A DNA stretch of 37,577 nt from Basidiobolus ranarum. Its lineage: Eukaryota. The notes under the pieces were generated by a model that worked only from the letters and a program-made list of their open reading frames with translations, was not told the DNA's origin and made no database searches. Below are positions 26,612-36,800 of the stretch, in pieces; the stretch's first letter is position 1; each line of letters starts with the position of its first letter. Location of the stretch: contig JASJQH010006928.1 in the NCBI GenBank assembly GCA_040143965.1, positions 1 through 37,577 on the forward strand, written 5' to 3'. The position numbers and the translations under genes were made by a program.

Positions 26612-27388
26612 ATGTTTGAACGCACTCTTGGCAAGTCGACCGATGCCGCCTTGGAGAAATACTTTCAAAAGAACCCCACCAAATCCAGTTCGATTTCAGT
26701 AGACGCTTTTAGGATCAACAAACCCAAACGTGGCGCATTACCGGTTACTGAATCTACCACTGCGGTAGAGAGATCTATAACCCCATTGGATAGCATCAAG
26801 GATGAGATCATAACAAAACCAAGCATCACTACTATAGAGGGGAATTTAAAAGTTCACATCATGAGCATCGTAGCGAACACGATAAACCACATATTTGAAT
26901 GCGAATCCCCCGAATCTGATGGAAGAAACACTAATCTACCCACTCTGGATGATTTCATTCATCGAATTTATCGAAAAGCCAATTTATCAATCACAAACCT
27001 TCTCACTGCGCTACTATTTCTCATTAGACTGAAAGAGTATCATCCCTCATGTAAGGGCGCATATGGCTCAGGACATAGACTGTTTCTGTCGGCCATCATC
27101 ATAGCTAACAAATACCTTTACGACGGAGCTTACCACAATGTCTCATGGGTAAGACTTGTGGAGGGTAGATACAGCCTGGGTGAGATCAATCAGATGGAAT
27201 GCGAGCTACTAGGCCTATTGAAGTATCAGCTAGTAGTTAAGAAGGATGATTGGATTGAGTACTCCAGGATCATAGATACAAAACTAGAGAAGAGTTGGTT
27301 ACGCCGTGGCTTCGGAGGTCCTGAGAAGTATCTCTTGGAGAAATTGATCAAGAACATCGATTGGCCACTATCGCCTCCCCTTCCCTAA
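26612..27388 (+). CDS. Pcl/Pho80-family (Pho85-type) cyclin, single exon
   Basis: Cyclin box LPTLDDFIHRI...LLTALLFLIRLK...GSGHRLFLSAIIIANKYLYD...NVSW...EINQMECELLGLLKYQL. Confidence 0.88.
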   Translation: MFERTLGKSTDAALEKYFQKNPTKSSSISVDAFRINKPKRGALPVTESTTAVERSITPLDSIKDEIITKPSITTIEGNLKVHIMSIVANTINHIFECESPESDGRNTNLPTLDDFIHRIYRKANLSITNLLTALLFLIRLKEYHPSCKGAYGSGHRLFLSAIIIANKYLYDGAYHNVSWVRLVEGRYSLGEINQMECELLGLLKYQLVVKKDDWIEYSRIIDTKLEKSWLRRGFGGPEKYLLEKLIKNIDWPLSPPLP

Positions 27389-27535
27389 CTTTCTTAATGT
27401 GTACGACAACCGAACTTTCTCTTGAGTCGAGATTTGACATTCCTTTCCCTATCTCTTTATATAGACCTGAGTGGCATACCTGATATATAACTGTCTCTGT
27501 ATAAATTACGCTGTTTTATAAAAATTATTGGTACA

Positions 27536-28551
27536 TCAAATGCCATAGATATTAATTATGATGCTTAGTAAAATACTGAGGATTAATGATGTTTGTAGAT
27601 AGGGGTGGGAGGCTCCATTTGAGGGATTCTCATGTACGGCAGAATCGTATGGACTAACTAATTTTTGTTCTGTTATACCCATAGTTTCCACTAGGAATGG
27701 GATATATCGACTTAGATGGGTATATACCCCGAGTATCGTGTCTTTTCCACCACATACGGTGGAGGCGCCTAGAGGATAAGCACTGTAACTAGTGACACCA
27801 TACAATGAGGTTCCATTCCCTTCCTTTCTAAAAAGGGGACCACCGGAATCACCAGCACAGGTATCCTTATTAACTTCAGCATCAATACATATTTGAGGTC
27901 CATTATTATCTTTAAAGTCCGGTATAACTTTGCGACATTTGCTAATAGGAGCAGTCAGTAAATCCACCTTTAAAAGACGAGCAGAGGATGTGGCATTTTC
28001 GGTTATCCCCCAGCCAGCAGCAGTAAATGTCTCCTTCTCAGCAATTTTTGAGTTACTAATAGGTATTGGTTGTATTCGGTTGCTGAAGGTAAGTTCCTGC
28101 TCTAGTTCTAGTAAAGCTAAATCATTCTATTGTCAGAAGTATCAATAAATCTTCATTTCTTATGGTCGTTTGAGAATATGCTCGTTACCTTCTGTCCATT
28201 GGTCGAGTATCCAGGAGCAGTTACAACCTGCACCACTCTTTTAAGGTTTGAGAAGTCGGTGGTATTACTAGTAGTTCCAACAATAATTTGGAACTGTATA
28301 GGTGAAGCTACTACAAGAGTTTCTTGGTCAACTACACAGTGGGCCGCAGTACCAATCCATTTCTGACTTAGAATGAAACCTCCACAAGAACTTACATTCT
28401 TCACCAACACCCTGGCCATGAAAGGAAGCTCACCTTCTTGAGTCACAGTGCCTCCAACAATATGCGATTGAGGATTTGACTTAAGGTCAAGTGTGGAGAC
28501 ACAGCTGATAAAGAAGAGAAAGGTGTGGACCAAAACCGGAAGGAATATCAT
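27536..28551 (-). CDS. Trypsin-like S1 serine protease with signal peptide and hydrophobic GPI-like C-terminus (intron 28127-28188)
   Basis: Signal MIFLPVLVHTFLFFISCVST, mature IVGG, CGG, TAAHC (His), NDLALLEL (Asp), AGWG, DTCAGDSGGP (Ser, with Asp at the S1 pocket), tail SNGAS...LILSILLSIIINIYGI. Confidence 0.92.
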
Positions 28552-28856
28552 TTCCTGTAATATTTGCAAGTCTACTTGGTCGCCTCACAACAGGTAATAT
28601 ATCATGAGCGAGGGAAGAGTTAACATTGTTGAAAATGAAGATCATCTGTCCAGAACACTAATTAAGATGGTTCTAATTTTGGGGCACGACATACCACTAA
28701 ATCTATAGCTAATATATCTTTCAGTTCCCGAAGTAATTACTAATTACTAATATTGTTAGTTGCGGCTGGATTGTCCCATTAAATTAATCGGGTATTGGGG
28801 CAAATATGTTACACTAACAGCTGCTTTCATCCAAAACCTTAATTTGACTAATTTAT

Positions 28857-28996
28857 CCAAACCCTAAAATAAGTCAATTCAAGGTAAGCCCCTAACCCTA
28901 ACTCTTTGTAATTGGCTCAACCAGTTCTTTCTAAGATTGAAGTATCTAATTCGAATTCTTACTCAAATTTTAACTATAGCCATAACCCTAACCCTG
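28857..28996. promoter_or_regulatory. Cluster of telomere-like CCCTAA motifs upstream of the trypsin gene
   Basis: AAACCCTAAA near 28859, CCCCTAACCCTAAC at 28889-28902, TAACCCTAACCCTG at 28983-28996. Function is inferred. Confidence 0.35.
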
Positions 28997-29224
28997 CTTC
29001 GATTACACAGATCTTCTAATAATGCAAGGTTTGTCGTCCTTTCTCATTATTGTATATAACAGCAACCAGTACTGCTTATATTATTATCTTTTTCATATCA
29101 TAATTACCTGAGTATTTGTCACTCCTTAATCAAAACTGATATTGAGTCTCCCCAAGCATCAGTATTTCCATACAGTACATTTTTTTATATTGATCACTAT
29201 TACATACTTCATAGATTAAATAAT

Positions 29225-30010
29225 GATATTTATGTTGAAATTAGCATTGCCTAAACACTGTATAGTCATATATAGCTTAGTGTTTAGTTATCCTATATTG
29301 AACTAAGATATTGCCCATTATTCTCATGAGGAATTTATTCAGAATTTTGAAGATATATAGATTTTGATAACTTGTGCTAGAAGCCCTAATCTTTGCACAT
29401 ATGCTTCTGGAACCTTCCTTAACACGTTCAACACATTTGTTGAAAATCACATCTTATAGAGTGCCATCTATATCCTGAATCCATAGCATACTTAAAGTTT
29501 AGAGTTAAGTAGTGATATATTTCTATATCACAAGTTATCTAAAAGTATTGTCGTAAAGCTGATGTCATATATAAGAGAGTTCTAGAAGCCTTGTGAGTAA
29601 GCACAATTGTGTATCATGGTACACAGAGACACAGCTCAAAAAGTTAGCACTTTGAAATGGGCCTAGTCAGGTTGGTATTGTGGTATTTTGGTAGTTTGTT
29701 GGAAGTGGTTTGGAGAACTAGAAGAATTGGTATTTTTCACTTACTGATTTATTGAGTAGAAGGTTGACATTTATAGCTTTACCATGAGGTAAACAGATAA
29801 ACGTGTAGAATGCACTAAAGAAAGTCCCAGGAATCGGTGTGCAAAGTTTGGAGCTTCTGGAACAAGTTATCAAAATCTATACATCCAAGAACTTTCAAGT
29901 AAATTCCTCTTGAGAATAGCTAGTGATATCTTATTGAAATGTGGAATAACTAAGCACAAAGCTATATATGAGTATATATATGTTTAGGCTATGTTAATTT
30001 CAACAATATC
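29225..30010. mobile_element. Degenerate non-autonomous element (MITE/foldback-like) with about 210 bp imperfect inverted arms
   Basis: Arm 29225-~29440 aligns colinearly with the reverse complement of ~29797-30010 and includes a perfect 20 bp match (29356-29375 vs 29862-29881). No long ORF inside and no clear target-site duplication. Confidence 0.7.
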
Positions 30011-30934
30011 TACCACCTGGTAGGATAGCAGTAATATACTGTGAGTTGAGCACTACTGCAAAATAATCATGAAAATCCACTACATTACATTAATTCTGAT
30101 TCCCCTAAGTCACAAGCATGAGTACAGGTATTTTCTACCCAAAGTACAATCAATGCTCCAAACACTAATAGTCAAAGGAATTTACGTATGAGTTGAGCCA
30201 CAAATAAGAGTTATAAAGTACTGAGATGGAGCTAGTACTACAATACAGGAGAGAGTCGGAAGGGAAATAACTTGGCATGATTGATTCAACGTTGGAATTT
30301 ACTACATGACCGAAGTGGATTTTAGTTGAAGTTAAAGCCCACGAATATGCATATATACGTAATAAAGCTCAAACTGTTATTAGAAAGGTTTACACTATAG
30401 GAGGTATTTGTGAATCGAAGCACTTAATCTATTGGTAATTATATATATCTCCAATGAATGTAGTGAATGTTATTATTCAAGTTACTATAAACTAATATTC
30501 CGAGAACATTTAGATGCGGTTATGAGTGCGATGCTAGTATAAAAATGGAAATTTGATTAGCAACAATCCAAGAAATTGAAACATCAACTAGCTGTTACAT
30601 TGTTCTTATGTTAAGTAGTGAAGTGAGAGTCTAAAATATGCTAAACAAGTCACCTGGGTCTCTTAGGTTAACTTGTTGACAAAGGCGATTAGCTTACTAC
30701 TGAATTCCTAAATTAGTTCATCTGCCGATCGTATTGCTAATCTCGCATATTCATCCGTATGTTAATCCGTTGGTGTAACAGTATCGCTTGTTTGACTAAT
30801 ACTCAAGTGCTTACTAGGTGAGAGTGCATTTATAATCGTTGATTTCTCCGAGAGCAATTGCTTTGTTAGCGCTTTGAAAATGAGTTCTATATAATGGTCA
30901 TTAACAGCTCACGTCAAAGCATTCATTATCAACC

Positions 30935-31660
30935 ATGAGATTCCTAACAGTATTCCAAGTAGCATTCCTGGCTTTCTCCACTGCCGCTTCCCCTCTGGGT
31001 TTCGGATCATCTGTTTCCAAAGACGGAGTCAGTAAGGATCTTTACAAGCGTTTAAACGTCAACGATACGGTGTTTTTACTTCTCGACCATCAAGTTGGCC
31101 TCTTTTCTCTGGTTGATGACTGGCAATCACATGAATTCAAGACCAACGTTTTGGGACTAGCTGAGGCCTCTGCATTATTGGACATTCCAGTTGTACTTAC
31201 CTCCAGTGTTGAGGATGGCCCTAATGGACCCCTTCTACCTGAAGTGAAAAGTCTTCTAAAAAATCCTGTTTATGTCCCCCGCAAAGGAGAAATCAATGCT
31301 TGGGATAACGCTGAAGTGGTCCAAGCAATCAAAGCGACTGGTAGAAAGCAAATAGTGATGGCCGGAATTGTTACAGATGTTTGCGTGGCATTCCCAGCTC
31401 TTTCAGCGGTGCAAGAGGGTTACGATGTGTTTGCAGTAATTGATGCCTCTGGAACATTCAATCAAGGAGTTCGTGATCTTGCTTTAGCCCGAATGGTCCA
31501 AGCTGGTGTTCAACCAATGAACTTTTTCTCAACCGTGTGCGAATTGGCTCGCGACTGGAGGAATTTTGCTGATGGCAGTCTTGGTGAGCTCTTTGCCAAA
31601 TATATTCCTGATTACAAGAATCTGATGGTATCCTACTCTGCTAAAGCTAAATTGGAATAA
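30935..31660 (+). CDS. ycaC: YcaC-like cysteine hydrolase (isochorismatase superfamily) with N-terminal signal peptide, intronless
   Basis: LLLDHQVGLFSLV, FKTNVLGLA, GPNGPLLPE, RKGEINAWDN, KATGRKQ, AGIVTDVCVAFPALSA, DASGTFN, CELARDWRN and IPDYKNL follow E. coli YcaC as I recall it. N-terminus MRFLTVFQVAFLAFSTAA|SP looks like a signal peptide; TATA-like CTATATAA near 30888. Confidence 0.92.
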   Translation: MRFLTVFQVAFLAFSTAASPLGFGSSVSKDGVSKDLYKRLNVNDTVFLLLDHQVGLFSLVDDWQSHEFKTNVLGLAEASALLDIPVVLTSSVEDGPNGPLLPEVKSLLKNPVYVPRKGEINAWDNAEVVQAIKATGRKQIVMAGIVTDVCVAFPALSAVQEGYDVFAVIDASGTFNQGVRDLALARMVQAGVQPMNFFSTVCELARDWRNFADGSLGELFAKYIPDYKNLMVSYSAKAKLE

Positions 31661-32109
31661 GTAAATTGCTACTGAACATTGATTATTTCAAATAAAATTC
31701 TGTCGGTTTGAATATTTACTGTGCTTATACAGTAATCGGGATGTTGATCAAGCTACAGTTAATATAAACAAAATTCATTAGTAAGCCTAGTTTTTATTAT
31801 TGATTAAACCATTTTGCGCGCATTGTCAATATTGGTACTAATGCCTAGAAAGTATTTTAGAAATTGCTACTATTTTGTATCAAAATGAACGAGTAAATAT
31901 AGCTAAGTCAGCCTGAAACTCAAATCTTGGACTAACTAGGGCTAGTGCAATAATCACGTGAGTACTCGACTTGAGTAGCAAGTGTGATTGTTGCTCATAT
32001 TCTATGACTTGATGGGCTTAGCGTTTGTAGTTATAAACTATAGTACTAGTAGGAATATATAAATGATACACGTTGACGCAATATAGCACAATCAACATTA
32101 TACTTCAAT

Positions 32110-32454
32110 ATGAAATCAACACCTGTTCTATTGTTGCTCTTGGCATTTACTGCCGTGGAAGTAGTCAATATTCAACGACAGGAAACAGCTTGTATCAATT
32201 AGTCAATACTGTATGTAACCTCCCAGCTGGTAAAATATATGGCCCTGGAGCAAGAATTGCCACATACTTGGAGGGATTGCCGCTTTTACGCAGAATACGG
32301 GCAGCCCATTACTGCTTCTAGTGCTTGTTCATTGCTTCATTAGTTACAAAAACATGGTTGCAACGTATGTGGTAGCGTGCCTCTTGATTTTTCAGATGAC
32401 AATGACGTTGACCATGGTCAGCTTACTGTAAATTGTGTCGCCCAATGTGGATAG
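32110..32454 (+). pseudogene. KP4 killer-toxin-like pseudogene
   Basis: Pieces in three frames: ALGIYCRGSSQY...VCNLPAGKIYGPGARIA (32136-~32267), GGIAAFTQNTGS (32270-32305), ITASSACSLLH*LQKHGCNVCGSVPLDFSDDNDVDHGQLTVNCVAQCG* (32308-32454). These match the KP4 signatures LGINCRGSSQC and HGCRVCGS...NDV..GQLTVNYV. ATG at 32110, TATATAAA near 32056, AATAAA near 32535. Confidence 0.85.
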
Positions 32455-33523
32455 GCTTTGAAGACTGACAAGTTGCTGCATTCAAGGATTGGCAACAGGA
32501 AAACCATTATAATTATGGATTTCATTCTAGCATCAATAAAATTCATTTTCTCAGTAGAAATCGACAAAAGGTCGCAGATAAAGACGAGAACATTGCCAGG
32601 TAAAAGTCGATAACTCTACTTGGCAACAGTATAATGCATACATGTCTGATGACTCTAAAATATAATCTCATGCACTGTGGCCTTTATTGGCAGTATTAGT
32701 GATGGAGGTTGAATTGATGGCAAATAGGTGATGCTAGCGTTGAAAGATATATAGTCCCTACAGATAAAAACAGTGAGAGCGAGTCATCTGCGGGCACTGC
32801 TTATCTAATGGGGTTCCAGGGTTAGTCTCCTAAAATGATTCATGTTCTGTCTATAGAATAGCTACTACCTTGCTTAGAGCATCCATGGAAGCCACAATTA
32901 GGTGAGTATCACATGAAAGTTGTGCAATTTTGCGAGGATAAATCGAGTTAAGATTTCTGTTTAGGTGCTATCACAGGTTATAAATATAGTGAAGATGTGC
33001 TAGCAACGTATATACTAGCAACGTATTTGGTAAATGGACGATCTCACTACAAGGCACCATTTGATCGACTATGCACTGATACGTTGTACATGCTCTAAAT
33101 CTTAATATGTGGCATAAATCCTGATAGTGATATCGACTCTACTATACTGAATGCTTCCGAAAAGAATTTACACATGAAGCAAACTTTAGTACGAAGATCA
33201 CGCGATTTGTAAACGAGAACACGGAATTAGTTAATTCGGTTGTACACACATGATTTGTATTTATCTCGGGTTTTTAGGATATCCATTCTTTCTCACATAG
33301 TCTCCTATCCTACCCATATATTAACATTTTGTGTTACAAGTTGTACTGCTTGAAAAGTATGTGATTACCATACATGCATATTATTCGCTTCTGGTATTGT
33401 AGTATTAGAGGGTACGATATTCCCAATTATGCTCGAAGTGGTTGTTGGATCCAACTATAAAGGTAGATGGAGGTTGTCCACTAAATATCAAGTTCCTCTA
33501 CACAAACGCGGCTTATTTTGAAA

Positions 33524-36119
33524 ATGAGATTGCAACAGCTTTTCCTTTTATCCGCTCTTCTCTTGGCCGACAGTACCCTTGGTGGTAGACCTGCTGGGGT
33601 TTTAAGAACTGTTCCTGCCGGCTTTGGTGAAGGAACCTCAACCAGTATTGTTCCCCATGCTTACATTGTGGAGTTCCACGAAAATATTGATAATGTTCAA
33701 GAGAAACTTCGCACTGGTTTGAAAAAGGAAGGAATTGAATTCCATGAACGTACCACTTTTACCGATTCATTCCATGGATTCTCATTAAACGTAGGCGTTG
33801 AACATGTGGATTACTTGGCTTCATTCGAAGGTGTTAAGGCAATCTGGCCAATCGTAAGTGTGAATTTTGGGATAATACGGAATTTGAAATTTTACTAACT
33901 TCACATATATCGTAGACTCAACACGTAAAGAGTATTTCTGCTGACCAAGAAAAGATCGTCGGTTCTGGAAGCTTACCCCCTAATCTTATTGCCTCTCCCC
34001 ACATTATCACCGGTGTTGAAAAGGTTCACAATGTCCTTAAGAACACTGGTGAGGGTATTTGAGTCGGTGTGATTGATACTGGTATTGATTATAGTCATCC
34101 TGCTCTTGGTGGCTGCTTTAAGGGTAAGAATTGCCGTGTTCAATATGGCTACGATTTCGTTGGAGACAAATATGACGGAACCCTAGGCTCTCTTAAAGGT
34201 GATGAAGATCCTAAAGATTGTGCAGGTCACGGAACACACGTAGCTGGTATTATTGGTGCCAATGATAAAAACTTCGTAGGTGTTGCACCTAAGGTCACCT
34301 TGGGTGCCTACAAAGTGTTTGGATGCTCCGGTGGCGCTCCAAGCGACATGATCATTAAAGCTATCGAGCAATCGGTTGTTGATAAGATGAATATCATCAA
34401 TCTCTCGTTAGGCAGTCCTCTTCCATTCCCTGACGACCCAATCACCAGAGCTATTGACAAAGCTGCAGATGCTGGTGTTGTCCCTGTTATTTCCGCCGGT
34501 AATGACGGCATGAACGGTCTTTGGACTGTTGGAAGACCCTCTACCGCTAACAAGGCTATCTCCGTTGCTTCATTTGATAATGTCCAGTATCCTGGTCAAG
34601 CATTCACTATCAACGAAAACAAGAGTAAAGATTTTGTTGCTGGTTACGAAGGTTTGAAGGCAGTGGATGTTAAGAATGCTTCCTTCGTCATCGCCCAAAC
34701 TGGTGGTTGTACTCCTTTGAAGGAAGACCTTACTGGTAAGGTTGTTCTTTATTTCAAAGCTGAGACATGTGATTTGGTCGTTAAGGGAATTAATGCGCAA
34801 AATGCGGGAGCAGTTGCTGCTTTCGTCTACTCTGGTACATTTGGTGCTTACGTTCCAACATCCATGGATGCTAATCTCAAGATTCCTTTGTTGGGTCTGC
34901 AAGCAAGTGATGCTGCTTACCTCAATGCACTTTATGAAAAGAACAAGAAACTCACCATCTCTTACAATCCGGAACATAAACTCTTCAACAACCCTAATGG
35001 TGGAAAACCTTCTTCATTCACTGTATGGGGTACTGACTTTGAGCTCAACTTTAAACCTGCTGTTGGGGCCCCTGGTGGAATTATCTACTCCACTTACCCA
35101 GTTGCTAAAGGTGCTTATGCTCACTTACGTGGTACTTCTATGGCCGCTCCTTATACTGCTGGATCTGTCGCCCTTTACTTGAAGGCCAAAGGTAAGGTTG
35201 CTCCACTTACTGTCCGTTCTGTTCTTCAGAATACCGCAAACCCGGTCAGGGAGTTAAACTTTAAAGGTATCACCTCCGCTGCTAAGCAAGGTGCTGGTAT
35301 CCTCAATGTTTGGGATGCTATCCATGTTGACACCTTTGTTACTCCATCCAAATTTGCCTTGAATGATACCATTCATTTCAATGGTGTTCATACTTTGACT
35401 GTTGAGAACAAGAGTAAAAGAGCTGTTACTTATGCCGTTGATCACTACCCTGCTGTCTCGGTAAATGGTTATGACAACGATGGTCACCCTGTTCTTCAAA
35501 ATGCTTTCGTATTCTCTGGAGCTGGTGCTTCTGCAAAGGCCACCCCATCCACTGTTACCGTTCGTCCAGGTCAAAGCAGAAAGATAAGGGTGACTTTGAC
35601 TCCACCTCGCTTTGATAAAAAAGACTTCTGGGTTTATTCAGGATATGTTCAATTCAAACCATTGAATAACAAAGGAAATGTTGTACGTGTTCCGTACTCT
35701 GGAATCGCCGGTGATCACCATAGCCGCAAGGTACTCGATCTTAAGGGTGAGAAAGCACCAGTAGTTGTTGATTTAGCTACTCGTGTTTCCAAGAAAGAGT
35801 ATACCCTAGTTGGCAACGATATTCCTCTCATTCAATTCCCCTTGATTCGTCCTACCAAATAATTATATGTTGCCTTGGCTGATACCAAAGGTAAGGAAGT
35901 AGGTGTCATCACTTTGAGTGAGGGTGGAATTAATCGTAACTACCCTGGTACCACTACTAGCATCAAATTCGATGGTGAAATCACAGTTGTCGTCGATGGT
36001 GAAGCCAAGGAAATACAAGCACTATTCTTATTAAAGGTCTTAGAGCTTTCGGTGACAAAAAAAAGGTAACTGATGTTGATACTTGGACCTCGGCTCCATT
36101 CGTTATCAAACGTGCCTAA
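33524..36119 (+). pseudogene. Secreted S8 subtilase (I9 propeptide, PA domain, C-terminal Fn3-like region), disabled
   Basis: Signal peptide, I9-like region (YIVEF...FHGFSL...GVKAIWP), one intron from 33854, intact triad motifs IDTG/HGTHVAG/GTSMA. Lesions: TGA at 34060-34062 in GEGI*VGVIDTG, TAA at 35860-35862, and a frameshift near 36010 before ILIKGLRAFGD...DTWTSAPFVIKRA*. Confidence 0.88.
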
Positions 36120-36611
36120 TTGTTCAGTTGCGTAATAGTTATTGGCCTACAGTAATACTAGATATAATACAACCTAATAAATGGTTTCATTCAGCATGCA
36201 AAACATTCAATAAACGTACTTAACATTTCTAATGTATCTATTATCTAAACCTAAGCTTGAGTTTACTGACATATATTCTACTTCGATATAGTATATATAT
36301 ATGCATACTATATTTGATTTGCCTCAATATTCAGAGTATACGATGCTTAGCTCTAATCAATCAAGGTTACAGGTGTGAAGTACAATACTGATATAAAGAG
36401 TAGGTAGCTGATTCAAAGCAGTGGTACCACTTTCATGATTACAGGTTATCACATCTCTGAGAGTAGTATTTAGCCCTAACCCTTATTTATTACCCTAAGC
36501 ATACACGGTGAACTCATGACTAGAACTGCTAATGAATTATAATTCCGTTCTGATCTGTAGTAAATTAATTTTGTGAGCGAAGTGCATGTAAACTTTATTC
36601 TGGACATGGCT

Positions 36612-36800
36612 CTAACATTTACCACGGCAAATGTTCCCATTGGTGATACAGACCAAGTTGCAAGTGTAGTCGGTCTTGCCACATTTGGCTAGGCAAGCAT
36701 TGGTATTTCTATTGCAAGCATCGACGCAGGCATTCTGTGCTTCAGCAGCAACAGCTACAACAATAGCGGCTAAGATCAAGCGGAGAGGAGAGAACTTCAT
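36612..36800 (-). CDS. Small secreted cysteine-rich peptide (62 aa, 8 Cys)
   Basis: ATG at 36800: MKFSPLRLILAAIVVAVAAEA|QNACVDACNRNTNACLAKCGKTDYTCNLVCITNGNICRGKC*. Minus-strand TATATAA about 50 bp upstream. Confidence 0.85.
   Translation of the reverse strand: MKFSPLRLILAAIVVAVAAEAQNACVDACNRNTNACLAKCGKTDYTCNLVCITNGNICRGKC

Noticed and set aside
28889-28902. Telomerase RNA template candidate (CTAACCCTAAC)
   Set aside because: Similar motifs recur across the window and I saw no pseudoknot or other supporting structure.
31043-31054. Kex2 cleavage at KR in the YcaC-like protein
   Set aside because: YKRL aligns with the conserved Y.RL at the start of bacterial YcaC, so the dibasic site may be coincidental.
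32073-32321. 82-aa ORF as a stand-alone gene
   Set aside because: It starts at TTG and only its middle matches KP4; it is one frame of the pseudogene.
34060-34062. In-frame TGA as selenocysteine, readthrough, recoding or an editing site
   Set aside because: The position is normally Lys/Arg, TGA ends other genes in this window, and the later TAA and frameshift would still break the gene.
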